Below, piece after piece: positions 15,571 to 29,767 of a stretch of DNA of 64,000 bases. The stretch comes from Eledone cirrhosa. Lineage: Eukaryota. Under the pieces are notes generated by a model. The model was not told the DNA's origin and did no database searches. It saw nothing but the letters and a program-made list of their open reading frames with translations. Where the stretch lies: assembly GCA_964016885.1 (NCBI GenBank), contig OZ024743.1, positions 200,260,001 to 200,324,000 of the forward strand. The letters are read 5' to 3'. Both the position numbers and the translations under genes were made by a program. Position 1 is the stretch's first letter; every line of letters begins with the position of its first letter.

Positions 15571-15947
15571 TTCCTTCCTTTTATCTTCTTACTACTTTTT
15601 CCTTCATCGTTTGTACTGTTTCGTCTTTTCCTCTTCCCTTACATTATTTCTTCTTGGTTACTTCCTCCTACTTTTCCTTCTTCCTTTTCTTTTCCTCTTT
15701 CTTCCCCCACCTCTTCCTTCTCCTCCTATCCCTCCTCCCCAGTCTCTCTTTCTGCACCTCTCATATCCCTCTTCCTTATTCTTCAAGAACTGTTCGATGG
15801 TTTCAAACCATTGTCTTGCTGCTTTTATAACTGATATTCTCTACATGGAGGGTTTGCCGGATTATCCTCTAATCCACTAGCCCTACATTCCCACCTCCCT
15901 CGCCTCATCGCCACTACTATAATCCGTGTCATCTTTATCGTCTCCAC

Positions 15948-16494
15948 CAGGGGTCGGCAACCTCTTGGGGTGTGTGGGCCACATTGCTATACAGTGTCTC
16001 GTCGGCGGGCCACATAGCTATGCAGTGTCTTGTCGGCCGGCCACACTGCTATACAGTGTCTCGTTGGCGGGCCACATAGCTATGCCGGTCTTGTCGGCGG
16101 GCCATGATATCAAAATATAATAAATTTGCTCGACCTCAGACTACTTTCTCCAGAAGGTTACCTTGCTACCTTAGTCTCGGGATTTAAAGAAAAACAATGA
16201 ATTGTATGTGATATTACTTTAATGTCATTCCTATAGAATACAGACAGAAATGGTAAATTGTTTAATGAGAACTTATCTGTCTGAATTAGATTGTTTGTTA
16301 ATGCCACGCAAAAAATTACGTTCAGCACAGTGAGTCTTGTGGCTAGACATGTTCTTTAGTTGGTATTCTAATCCATAATAATTCAGAGCACTTTTTCAGG
16401 GATCGCTTAGCCTAAGATTGAAACATTTGGCGGGCCGGACAAAAATCCTTCGTGCGGCGGATGTGACCCGCGGGCCGGAGTTTGCCGATCTCTG
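15948..16494. mobile_element. Non-autonomous hAT (Charlie-like) DNA transposon or MITE
   Basis: TIRs CAGGGGTCGGCAA and TTTGCCGATCTCTG; GC-rich subterminal gcgggcc motifs; 31-bp tandem unit about x4 at 15977-16104; degenerate 8-bp flanks gtctccac/atttgcac. Confidence 0.8.
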
Positions 16495-16859
16495 ATTTGC
16501 ACCATGACCACTGCAATTACCCCTATTACAACCACTACCATCATACCCACAACAATCATAAACAGAATTATGAGAAACACCACAATCACAACTACCAACA
16601 TAATAACCGCCACTATAGAAATACCAAAACTACTACAAACACGATTCTATCCACGACCATCGCAAAAACCACCATCAAAACCATAGCCAATACAACACCC
16701 TGCAATCAAAATCGGCATCATCGTAATCCCCACCAATATATAGACTTAAATCACAACAACCGCCATCACAACCACCGCCATCACAAACTACACTATTACA
16801 ACCACCACCCTTGCTATCATACACATCGTATCCTCCACCATCGCAAACACTATCATCAA

Positions 16860-17740
16860 ACCACCACCATCACAACCACGACCATCGGAACCATTACTAT
16901 GACGACAATCACCAGCAAAACAACTACTATAGCAACCATCCCCATCACAACCACCACCATCACGACCACGACCATCGCAACCACTACTATGACGACAACC
17001 ACCACAACAACGGCTACTATAACAACTATCAACATCACAACCACCACCATCACGACCACGACCATCGCAACCACTACTTTGACGACAACCACCACAACAA
17101 CAGCTACTATAACAAGCATCACCATCACAACCACCACCATCACAACCACCACCATCACAACCACCACCATCACGACCACGACCATCGCAACCACTACTAT
17201 GACGACAAGCACCACAACAACGGCTACTATAACAACCATCCCCATCACAACCACCACCATCACGACCACGACCATTGCAACCACTACTATGACGACAACC
17301 ACCACAACAACGGCTACTATAACAACTATCACCATCACAACCATCACCATCACAACCACCACCATCGCAACCACTACTATGACGACAAACACCACAACAA
17401 CAGCTACTATAACAACGATCACCATCACAACCATCACCATCACAACCACCACCATCACAACCACCACCATCGCAACCATTACTATGACGACAATCACCAG
17501 CAAAACAACTACTATAACAACGATCACCATCACAACCATCACCATCACAACCACCACCATCACAACGACCACCATCGCAACCATTACTATGACGACAGTC
17601 ACCAGCTAAACAACTACTATAACAACGATCACCATCACAACCATCAACATCACAACCACCACCATCGCAACCACCACCATCGCAACCATTACTATGACGA
17701 CAATCACCAGCAAAACAACTACTATAACAACGATCACCAT
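16860..17740. repeat. Higher-order array of about 90-120 bp units built from diverged 15-mers
   Basis: Recurrent accatcgcaaccactactatgacgacaaccaccacaacaacggctactataacaa separated by variable numbers of accatcacaacc 15-mers. Confidence 0.92.
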
Positions 17741-20700
17741 CACAACCATCAACATCACAACCATCAACATCACAACTATCAACATCACAACCATCAACAT
17801 CACAACCATCAACATCACAACCATCAACATCACAACTATCAACATCACAACTATCACCATCACAACCATCAACATCACAACCATCAACATCACAACCATC
17901 AACATCACAACCATCAACATCACAACCATCAAAATCACAACCATCAACATCACAACCATCAACATCACAACTATCACCATCACAACCATCAACATCACAA
18001 CCATCAACATCACAACTATCAACATCACAACTATCATCATCACAGCCATCAACATCACAACCATCAACATCACAACCATCAACATCACAACCATCAACAT
18101 CACAACCATCAACATCACAACCACCAACATCACAACCATCAACATCACAACCATCAACATCACAACCATCAACATCACAACCATCAACATCACAACTATC
18201 AACATCACAACTATCACCATCACAACCACCAACATCACAACTATCAACATCACAACTATCACCATCACAACCATCAACATCACAACCATCAACATCACAA
18301 CTATCAACATCACAACCATCAACATCACAACCATCAACATCACAACTATCAACATCACAACCATCAACATCACAACCATCAACATCACAACTATCAACAT
18401 CACAACTATCACCATCACAACCATCAACATCACAACCATCAACATCACAACCATCAACATCACAACTATCAACATCACAACCATCAACATCACAACCATC
18501 AACATCACAACCATCAACATCACAACCATCAACATCACAACTATCAACATCACAACTATCACGATCACAACCATCAACATCACAACCATCAACATCACAA
18601 CCATCAACATCACAACTATCAACATCACAACCATCAACATCACAACCACCAACATCACAACTATCAACATCACAACCATCAACATCACAACTATCACCAT
18701 CACAACCATCAACATCACAACCATCAACATCACAACCATCAACATCACAACCATCAACATCACAACCATCAACATCACAACCATCAACATCACAACTATC
18801 AACATCACAACTATCACCATCACAACCATCATCATCACAACTATCAACATCACAACTATCACCATCACAACCATCAACATCACAACCATCAACATCACAA
18901 CTATCAACATCACAACCATCAACATCACAACCATCAACATCACAACTATCAACATCACAACCATCAACATCACAACCATCAATATCACAACTATCAACAT
19001 CACAACTATCACCATCACAACCATCAACATCACAACCATCAACATCACAACCATCAACATCACAACTATCAACATCACAACCATCAACATCACAACCATC
19101 AACATCACAACCATCAACATCACAACCATCAACATCACAACCATCAACATCACAACCATCAACATCACAACTATCAACATCACAACCATCAACATCACAA
19201 CCATCAACATCACAACCATCAACATCACAACCATCAACATCACAACCATCAACATCACAACTATCAACATCACAACCATCAACATCACAACCATCAACAT
19301 CACAACCATCAACATCACAACCATCAACATCACAGCTATCAACATCACAACTATCACCATCACAACCATCAACATCACAACCATCAACATCACAACCATC
19401 AACATCACAACTATCAACATCACAACCATCAACATCACAACTATCACCATCACAACCATCAACATCACAACTATCAACATCACAACCATCAACATCACAA
19501 CCATCAACATCACAACTATCAACATCACAACCATCAACATCACAACCATCAACATCACAACTATCAACATCACAACTATCACCATCACAACCATCAACAT
19601 CACAACCATCAACATCACAACCATCAACATCACAACTATCAACATCACAACCATCAACATCACAACCATCAACATCACAACCATCAACATCACAACCATC
19701 AACATCACAACCATCAACATCACAACTATCATCATCACAGCCATCAACATCACAACCATCAACATCACAACCATCAACATCACAACCATCAACATCACAA
19801 CCATCAACATCACAACCATCAACATTACAACCATCAACATCACAACCATCAACATCACAACCACCAACATCACAACCATCAACATCACAACCATCAACAT
19901 CACAACCATCAACATCACAACCATCAACATCACAACTATCAACATCACAACTATCACCATCACAACCATCAACATCACAACTATCAACATCACAACTATC
20001 ACCATCACAACCATCAACATCACAACCATCAACATCACAACTATCAACATCACAACTATCACCATCACAACCATCAACATCACAACTATCAACATCACAA
20101 CTATCACCATCACAACCATCAACATCACAACCATCAACATCACAACTATCAACATCACAACCATCAACATCACAACCATCAACATCACAACTATCAACAT
20201 CACAACCATCAACATCACAACCATCAACATCACAACTATCAGCATCACAACTATCACCATCACAACCATCAACATCACAACCATCAACATCACAACCATC
20301 AACATCACAATTATCAACATCACAACCATCAACGTCACAACCATCAACATCACAACCATCAACATCACAACCATCAACATCACAACCATCAACATCACAA
20401 CTATCAGCATCACAACTATCACCATCACAACCATCAACATCACAACTATCAACATCACAACTATCACCATCACAACCATCAACATCACAACCATCAACAT
20501 CACAACCATCAACATCACAACCATCAACATCACAACCATCAACATCATAACTATCAACATCACAACCATCAACATCACAACCATCAACATCACAACTATC
20601 AACATCACAACTATCACCATCACAACCATCAACATCACAACCATCAACATCACAACCATCAACATCACAACCATCAACATCACAACTATCAACATCACAA

Positions 20701-23460
20701 CCATCAACATCACAACCATCAACATCACAACTATCAACATCACAACTATCACCATCACAACCATCAACATCACAACCATCAACATCACAACCATCAACAT
20801 CACAACCATCAACATCACAACTATCAACATCACAACCATCAACATCACAACCATCAACATCACAACCATCAACATCACAACCATCAACATCACAACCATC
20901 AACATCACAACCATCAAGATCACAACTATCACCATCACAACCATCAACATAACAACCATCAACATCACAACTATCACCATCACAACCATCAACATCACAA
21001 CCATCAACATCACAACCATCAACATCACAACCATCAACATCACAACCATCACCATCACAACCATCAACATAACAACCATCAACATCACAGCCATCAACAT
21101 CACAACCATCAACATCACAACCATCAACATCACAACCATCACCATCACAACCATCAACATCACAACCATCAACATCACAACTATCAACATCACAACTATC
21201 ACCATCACAACCATCAACAGCACAACTATCAACATCACAACCATCAACATCACAACCATCAACATCACAACTATCACCATCACAACCATCAACATGACAA
21301 CCATCAACATCACAACCTTCAACATCACAACCATCAATATCACAACCACCAACATCACAACCATCAACATGACAACCATCAACATGACAACCATCAACAT
21401 CACAACTATCAACATCACAACTATCAACATCACAACCATCAACATCACAACCATCAACATCACAACCATCAACATCACAACCATCACCATCACAACCATC
21501 AACATCACAACCATCAATATCACAACTATCAACATCACAACTATCACCATCACAACCATCAACAGCACAACTATCAACATCACAACCATCAACATCACAA
21601 CCATCAACATCACAACTATCACCATCACAACCATCAACATGACAACCATCAACATCACAACCATCAACATCACAACCATCAATATCACAACCACCAACAT
21701 GACAACCATCAACATGACAACCATCAACATCACAACCATCAACATCACAACTATCAACATCACAACTATCAACATCACAACCATCAACATCACAACCATC
21801 AACATCACAACCATCAACATCACAACCATCAACATCACAACCATCAACATCACAACCATCAACATCACAACTATCACCATCACAACTATCACCATCACAA
21901 CCATCAACATCACAACCATCAACATCACAACCATCAACATCACAACCATCAACATCACAACCATCAACATCACAACCATCAACATCACAACTATCACCAT
22001 CACAACTATCACCATCACAACCATCAACATCACAACTATCAACATCACAACCATCAACATCACAACCATCAACATCACAACTATCACCATCACAACTATC
22101 ACCATCACAACCATCAACATCACAACCATCAACATCACAACCATCAACATCACAACCATCAACATCACAACTATCACCATCACAACTATCACCATCACAA
22201 CCATCAACATCACAACCATCAACATCACAACCATCAACATCACAACCATCAACATCACAACCATCAACATCACAACCATCAACATCACAACTATCACCAT
22301 CACAACTATCAACATCACAACCATCAACATCACAACCATCAACATCACAACTATCACCATCACAACCATCAACATGACAACCATCAACATCACAACCATC
22401 AACATCACAACCATCAATATCACAACCATCAACATCACAACCATCAACATCACAACCATCAACATCACAACTATCAACATCACAACTATCACCATCACAA
22501 CAATCAACATCACAACCATCAACATCACAACCATCAACATCACAACCATCAACATCACAACTATCACCATCACAACCATCAACATCACAACCATCAACAT
22601 CACAACCATCAACATCACAACCATCAACATCACAACCATCAACATCACAACCATCAACATCACAACCATCAACATCACAACCATCAACATCACAACCATC
22701 AACATCACAACCATCAACATCACAGCCATCAACATCACAACCATCAACATCACAACTATCAACATCACAACCATCAACATCACAACCATCAACATCACCA
22801 CCATCAACATCACAACCATCAACATCACAACCATCAACATCACCACCATCAACATCACAACCATCAACATCACAACCATCAACATCACAACCATCAACAT
22901 CACAACCATCAACATCACAACTATCAACATCACAACCATCAACATCACAACCATCAACATCACCACCATCAACATCACAACCATCAACATCACAACCATC
23001 AACATCACCACCATCAACATCACAACCATCAACATCACAACCATCAACATCACCACCATCAACATCACAACCATCAACATCACAACCATCAACAACACAA
23101 CCATCAACATCACAACCATCAACATCACAACCATCAACATCACAACTATCAACATCACAACCATCAACATCACAACCATCAACATCACAACCATCAACAT
23201 CACAACCATCAACATCACAACTATCACCATCACAACTATCACCATCACAACCATCAACATCACAACCATCAACATCACAACCATCAACATCACAACCATC
23301 AACATCACAACCATCAACATCACAACCATCAACATCACAACCACCAACATCACAACCACCAACATCACAACCATCAACATCACAACCACCACTATCACAA
23401 CCACCAACATCACAACCATCAACATCACAACCACCACTATCACAACCACCACTATCACAA
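17740..23460. repeat. 15-bp satellite (cacaaccatcaacat)n, about 380 copies
   Basis: Phase of 15 is kept throughout, with substitution variants only (ctatc, accat, gacaa, cacca). Confidence 0.99.
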
Positions 23461-23736
23461 CCACTATAGCCATTATCATCTGAATTATCAAAATACCATT
23501 ATAATGTACCACAACCATTGAACAAATGTTACTATAACCTATTTAACACTACCACCTCTGTCACAATCGTCTTCATCGCCGCCATTATCATCCTCGTCGT
23601 CGTCGTCACCATCATCAGCATCAGCGACACCACCACTACTGCTACTACTACCAACACGACCATCATGACTATCCGGTTACATAATCAGTATTAGTAGTGT
23701 CCATCATAACATCAAATCCACACACACACACACACA

Positions 23737-23767
<31 letters not shown>

Positions 23768-24113
23768 CACACACACACCACACATACACCACACACACAC
23801 AAACACAGTATATATATATATATATATAATATATGTAGTAATAAACACAGTAAATCGTGTGTCTAAAATGCTCAGTATTTATACTTTGAGCTTGTTAATC
23901 ACAGGGTATCAGTATGAGTTATTAACTGCCTTTTATTTGTGTGTGTATATATATATATATATATATTCATGCGTGTTTTAGATATCAAATTCCTGTTGAA
24001 CAATAAAACTTTGTTTATATAACTGCATATCTTTGCACGTTCTCTTGCAGATAAAACACAAACAGGTGTACACATAATCTATTTATCTATCTATCTATAT
24101 ATCTATATATATC

Positions 24114-24208
<95 letters not shown>

Positions 24209-24730
24209 CACAAAAACAAGATGGTGTAAGACAGAACAAAGGTGAGATACAAAATAACTAGAAAAGTAGTCAATAAGGAGGTCACAGAATGTGTGACGAA
24301 AGTGCTTCAATGACAATCAACAACTAAACAAACATTCGGTTATTAAACTAACCAGGTACAGCTACTTTACAATTATTTCTACTACTATTAGTACTACTAT
24401 CACCACAACCACCACCTATACTACTACTACCTCCAACACCACCACTATTACTAATACTAATACTACTACTATAACGACAGCTAGAACAATTATTCTACAA
24501 TTATTACTACTACTATCAGTACTACCACCAATACTACTACTACTACGTCCAACACCACCACTATTACTACTACTAATACTACTACTATAACGACAGCTAG
24601 AACAGTGTCAACCCCATCACCACTACCACCAACAACAACAATGACAGCTAGAATAGTGTCAACAACAACAATGACAACAATGACAGCTAGAATAACGTCA
24701 ACCACACCACCACCACCAGAAATAACAACA

Positions 24731-24910
24731 ATAATTGTTTCTACTTTAGGCACAAGACCAGCAATTACCCAGTACATTACTGGTACTTTATTTTATCGAC
24801 CCCGTAAGGATGAAAGGCAAAGTTAACCTCGGCGGGATTTGAACTCAGACTGTAAAGGGACGTAACTATGCTAGAAAGCATGGCGTCCAACCCTCTACCG
24901 ATACTGCCAA
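24731..24910 (-). mobile_element. tRNA-derived SINE, family 1
   Basis: Reverse complement: A-box tggcagtatcgg, B-box gagttcaaatccc, central block, tail ...gtagaaacaattat. Confidence 0.92.
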
Positions 24911-25180
24911 ATGACAGATAGAAGAGTGTCAACCACAACTACAGCAACAACAACAACAGCAAGAATATTGGCTACAATGGCAATGAGGACACAAAGAAGA
25001 AACGTAAAAATGAAAAGATGGAGGGAGAGAGAGAGAGAAGAGGTGGGTGGAAGAGAGATAGGGAGATATAGAACTGATATACTAGATAAATAGATAGATA
25101 AAGGGAGAGATGATGGCGGCGAAGTTTATGAAAGAAACAAGAAAGGATTGAGACAGAGGATCCGATAGAGACAAGGAAAT

Positions 25181-25275
<95 letters not shown>

Positions 25276-25302
25276 CAGAGAGAGAGAGAGAGAGGGAGAG
25301 GG

Positions 25303-25360
<58 letters not shown>

Positions 25361-25736
25361 TGGAGACAGAGAAAGTGAGAGAGAGAGAGTGAGAGAGAGA
25401 GAGAGAAATGTTGATAAATATATAGAGAGAGGAGGAGTATATGTGACATGGAAGATTCAATAGATATAGAGACAGAGACAGACGGAAATAAATTGTATAT
25501 GAGATAAGGAAGACTTTGGAGAAAGAAAGAAAGAGGGTGAGAGAGAGAGGGGGTAAAGGGGGTCAGTAAATGATGAAAATGATTTGAAAGATCGAGAGGG
25601 GGAGAGATTGAGAGATAGGGAGATAGGGGGAAAGAGAGAGAGATAAATAGGGATAAAAAGTGAGAGAAAGATAGGGAGAAATAGATAAAGAGATAGGGAG
25701 AGATAGATAGATACATAGTTAGAGGGATAGATAGAT

Positions 25737-25793
<57 letters not shown>

Positions 25794-25874
25794 GATCTAA
25801 ACAGTGAAATTGAAAGAATTGTATAACAAAAGATCCATTGATTTTTCGTGGCATTCTAATACTCAACCAACAAC

Positions 25875-27142
25875 CAACCCTCCACCACACCACTCCACCA
25901 CAGCTAACCCTCCACCACAGCTAACCCTCCACCACAGCCAACCCTCCACCACACCACTCCACCACAGCTAACCCTCCACCAGAGCTAACACTCCACCACA
26001 GCCTACCCTCCACCACATCACTCCACCACAGCTAACCCTCCACCACAGCCAACCCTCCACCACAGCCAACCCTTCACCACAGCCAACACTCCACCACAGC
26101 CAACCCTCCACCACAGCCAACCGTCCTCCACAGCCAACCCTCCACCACAGCCAACCCTTCACCCAAAAGATCCATTGATTTTTCGTGGCATTCTAATACT
26201 CAACCAACAACCAACCCTCCACCACACCACTCCACCACAGCTAACCCTCCACCACAGCTAACCCTCCACCACAGCCAACCCTCCACCACACCACTCCACC
26301 ACAGCTAACCCTCCACCAGAGCTAACACTCCACCACAGCCTACCCTCCACCACATCACTCCACCACAGCTAACCCTCCACCACAGCCAACCCTCCACCAC
26401 AGCCAACCCTTCACCACAGCCAACACTCCACCACAGCCAACCCTCCACCACAGCCAACCGTCCTCCACAGCCAACCCTCCACCACAGCCAACCCTTCACC
26501 ACAGCCAACACTCCACCACAGCCAACCCTCCACCACAACCAACCGTCTTCCACAGCCAACCCTCCACCACAGCCAACCCTCCACCACAGCCAACCCTTCA
26601 CCACAGCCAACACTCCACCACAGCCAACCGTCCTCCACAGACAAACCTCCTCCACAGCCAACCCTCCACCACAGCCAACCCTTCACCACAGCCAACACTC
26701 CACCACAGCCAACACTCCACCACAGCCAACCCTCCACCACAGCCAACCCTCCACCACAGCCAAACCTCCTCCACAGCCAACCCTCCACCACAGCCAACCC
26801 TTCACCACAGCCAACACTCCACCACAGCCAACCCTCCACCACAGCCAACCCTTCACCACAGCCAACACTCCACCACAACCAACCCTCCACCACAGCCAAC
26901 CCTCCACCACAGCTAACCCTCCACCACAGCCAACCCTCCTCCACAGCCAACCCTCCACCACAGCCAACCCTCCACCACAGCCAACACTCCACCACAGCCA
27001 ACCCTCCACCACAGCCAACCCTTCACCACAGCCAACCCTCCTCCACAGCCAACCCTCCTCCACAGCCAACCCTCCACCACAGCCAACCCTTCACCACAGC
27101 CAACACTCCACCACAACCAACCCTCCACCACAGCCAACCCTA
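25875..27142. repeat. 17-bp minisatellite (ccaccacagccaaccct)n containing a 337-bp tandem duplication of its left boundary
   Basis: Unit read directly. The unique flank caaaagatccattgatttttcgtggcattctaatactc occurs at 25827 and 26164. Confidence 0.97.
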
Positions 27143-27259
27143 ACTCACGTTCTTCAAACTCACAGACACAAACAATCATATACATATACGTACACAGACA
27201 TATCATGCCACCTGAACTTCTAACTACCTGTCCATACACATACACTTACCAGCATCAGC

Positions 27260-28830
27260 ACCACCACCGCCATCACTATTACCACCTCTACCACCACCAC
27301 CATCACTAACACCACCGCCATCACTATTACCTCCTCTACCACCACCACCATCACTAACACCACCGCCATCACTATTACCTCCTCTACCACCACCACCATC
27401 ACTAACACCACCGCCATCACTATTACCACCTCTACTACCACCATCATCACTAACACCACCGCCATCACTATTACCACCTCTACTACCACCACCATCACTA
27501 ACACCACCGCCATCACTCTTACCACCTCTACCACCACCACCATCACCATCACTAACACCACCGCCATCACTATTACCACCTCTACCACCACCACCATCAC
27601 CATCACTAACACCACCACCATCACTCTTACCACCTCTACCACCACCACCATCACCATCACTAACACCACCGCCATCACTATTACCACCTCTACCACCACC
27701 ACCATCACCATCACTAACTCCACCGCCATCACTATTACCACCTCTACCATCACCACCATCACCATCACTAACACCACCGCCATCACTATTACCACCTCTA
27801 CCACCACCACCATCACCATCACTAACACCACCGCCATCACTCTTACCACCTCTACCATCACCACCATCACCATCACTAACACCACCCCCATCACTCTTAC
27901 CACCTCTACCATCACCACCATCACCATCACTAACACCACCGCCATCACTATTACCACCTCTACCATCACCACCATCACCATCAGTAACACCACCGCCATC
28001 ACTATTACCACCTCTACCATCACCACCATCACCATCATTAACACCACCCCCATCACTATTACCACCTCTACCATCACCACCATCACCTTCACTAACACCA
28101 CCCCCATCACTCTTACCACCTCTACCATCACCACCATCACCATCACTAACACCACCGCCATCACTCTTACCACCTCTACCATCACCACCATCACTAACAC
28201 CACCGCCATCACTATTACCACCTCTACCACCACCACCATCACCATCACTAACACCACCGCCATCACTATTACCACCTCTACCACCACCACCATCACCATC
28301 ACTAACACCACCGCCATCACTATTACCACCTCTACCATCACCACCATCACCATCACTAACACCACCGCCATCACTCTTACCACCACTACCATCACTACCA
28401 TCACCATCACTAACACCACCGCCATCACTATTACCACCTCTACCATCACCACCATCACCATCACTAACACCACCGCCATCACTCTTACCACCTCTACCAT
28501 CACCACCATCACCATCACTAACACCACCGCCATCACTATTACCACCTCTACCATCACCACCATCACCATCACTAACACCACCGCCATCACTATTACCACC
28601 TCTACCACCACCACCATCACCATCACTAACACCACCGCCATCACTATTACCACCTCTACCATCACCACCATCACCATCACTAACACCACCGCCATCACTC
28701 TTACCACCTCTACCATCACCACCATCACCATCACTAACACCACCGCCATCACTATTACCACCTCTACCATCACCACCATCACCATCACTAACACCACCGC
28801 CATCACTATTACCACCTCTACCATCATCTC
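27260..28830. repeat. 48/54-bp C/A-rich minisatellite
   Basis: Unit accaccgccatcactattaccacctctaccatcaccaccatc(accatc)actaac. Confidence 0.96.
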
Positions 28831-29370
28831 CATCTCGTCTTTTTAAAAGCTCAGCTTCGTGGTATCGAAAAACAGTCCTGCGAGGAATATATCAACACTG
28901 CGAAACAATCAATCATATAAGAGTCTTTAAAAGAATGGCAACTTCCGTATGGGAATGGGACCAAAAGGTTTGGCAAATGTAGCGTTTCCTTTGTTAGTTG
29001 TGTTTAGCACAGCAGTGAGTTGGCATGGTGGCTGCCGGTTGAATGCTTTAGATTGTGGCACAAATAACTGACTGACTGGCTAGCTAGCTGGCTGGTTGGT
29101 TAGTTCGTTTGTTTGTTTGTTTGTTCAATGGTTCATTGGTCATCTAACTGGCTCATTGGTTCCTTTATCGACTGCAGCTGATGGTGCTGTTGATGTTACT
29201 AATGGTAAAGTGTGGTGCCAGTAGGGTGGGAGGTTTAGATCTGCAATATAATCATTAATTTTTAACAGTGGCGCATGTGGTATATAAACTTTTAGAGAAG
29301 GGAGACTCCTAAACACAAACACACACATACACACACACACACTTACACACACTGACACACACACACACTG

Positions 29371-29403
<33 letters not shown>

Positions 29404-29416
29404 CAATATATTAACA

Positions 29417-29517
<101 letters not shown>

Positions 29518-29767
29518 TAGATAGATATGTTTCTTTATTAGCCACAGGGGCACAAAAGAAGGGGACAAATACAAAGGGGGGAAGTTTACATACAATAAAA
29601 ACGTGTAAAATGTTATCTCAAATGTAATTTAAAAAGTTAGTCGATTTTCCCCAATAGGGGGAGACAGTTTATATGGGTAACACATACCCCCGAAAAAATG
29701 TGCAACCCTCATCTCCAGGAGTACGAAGAGTTTGTACTCCTTTGCTCTCCTCCTCCTCTTCCTCAAC

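Noticed and set aside
25875-27142. CRISPR-like or telomeric array
   Set aside because: No unique spacers, no cas genes and no TTAGGG; an ordinary minisatellite.
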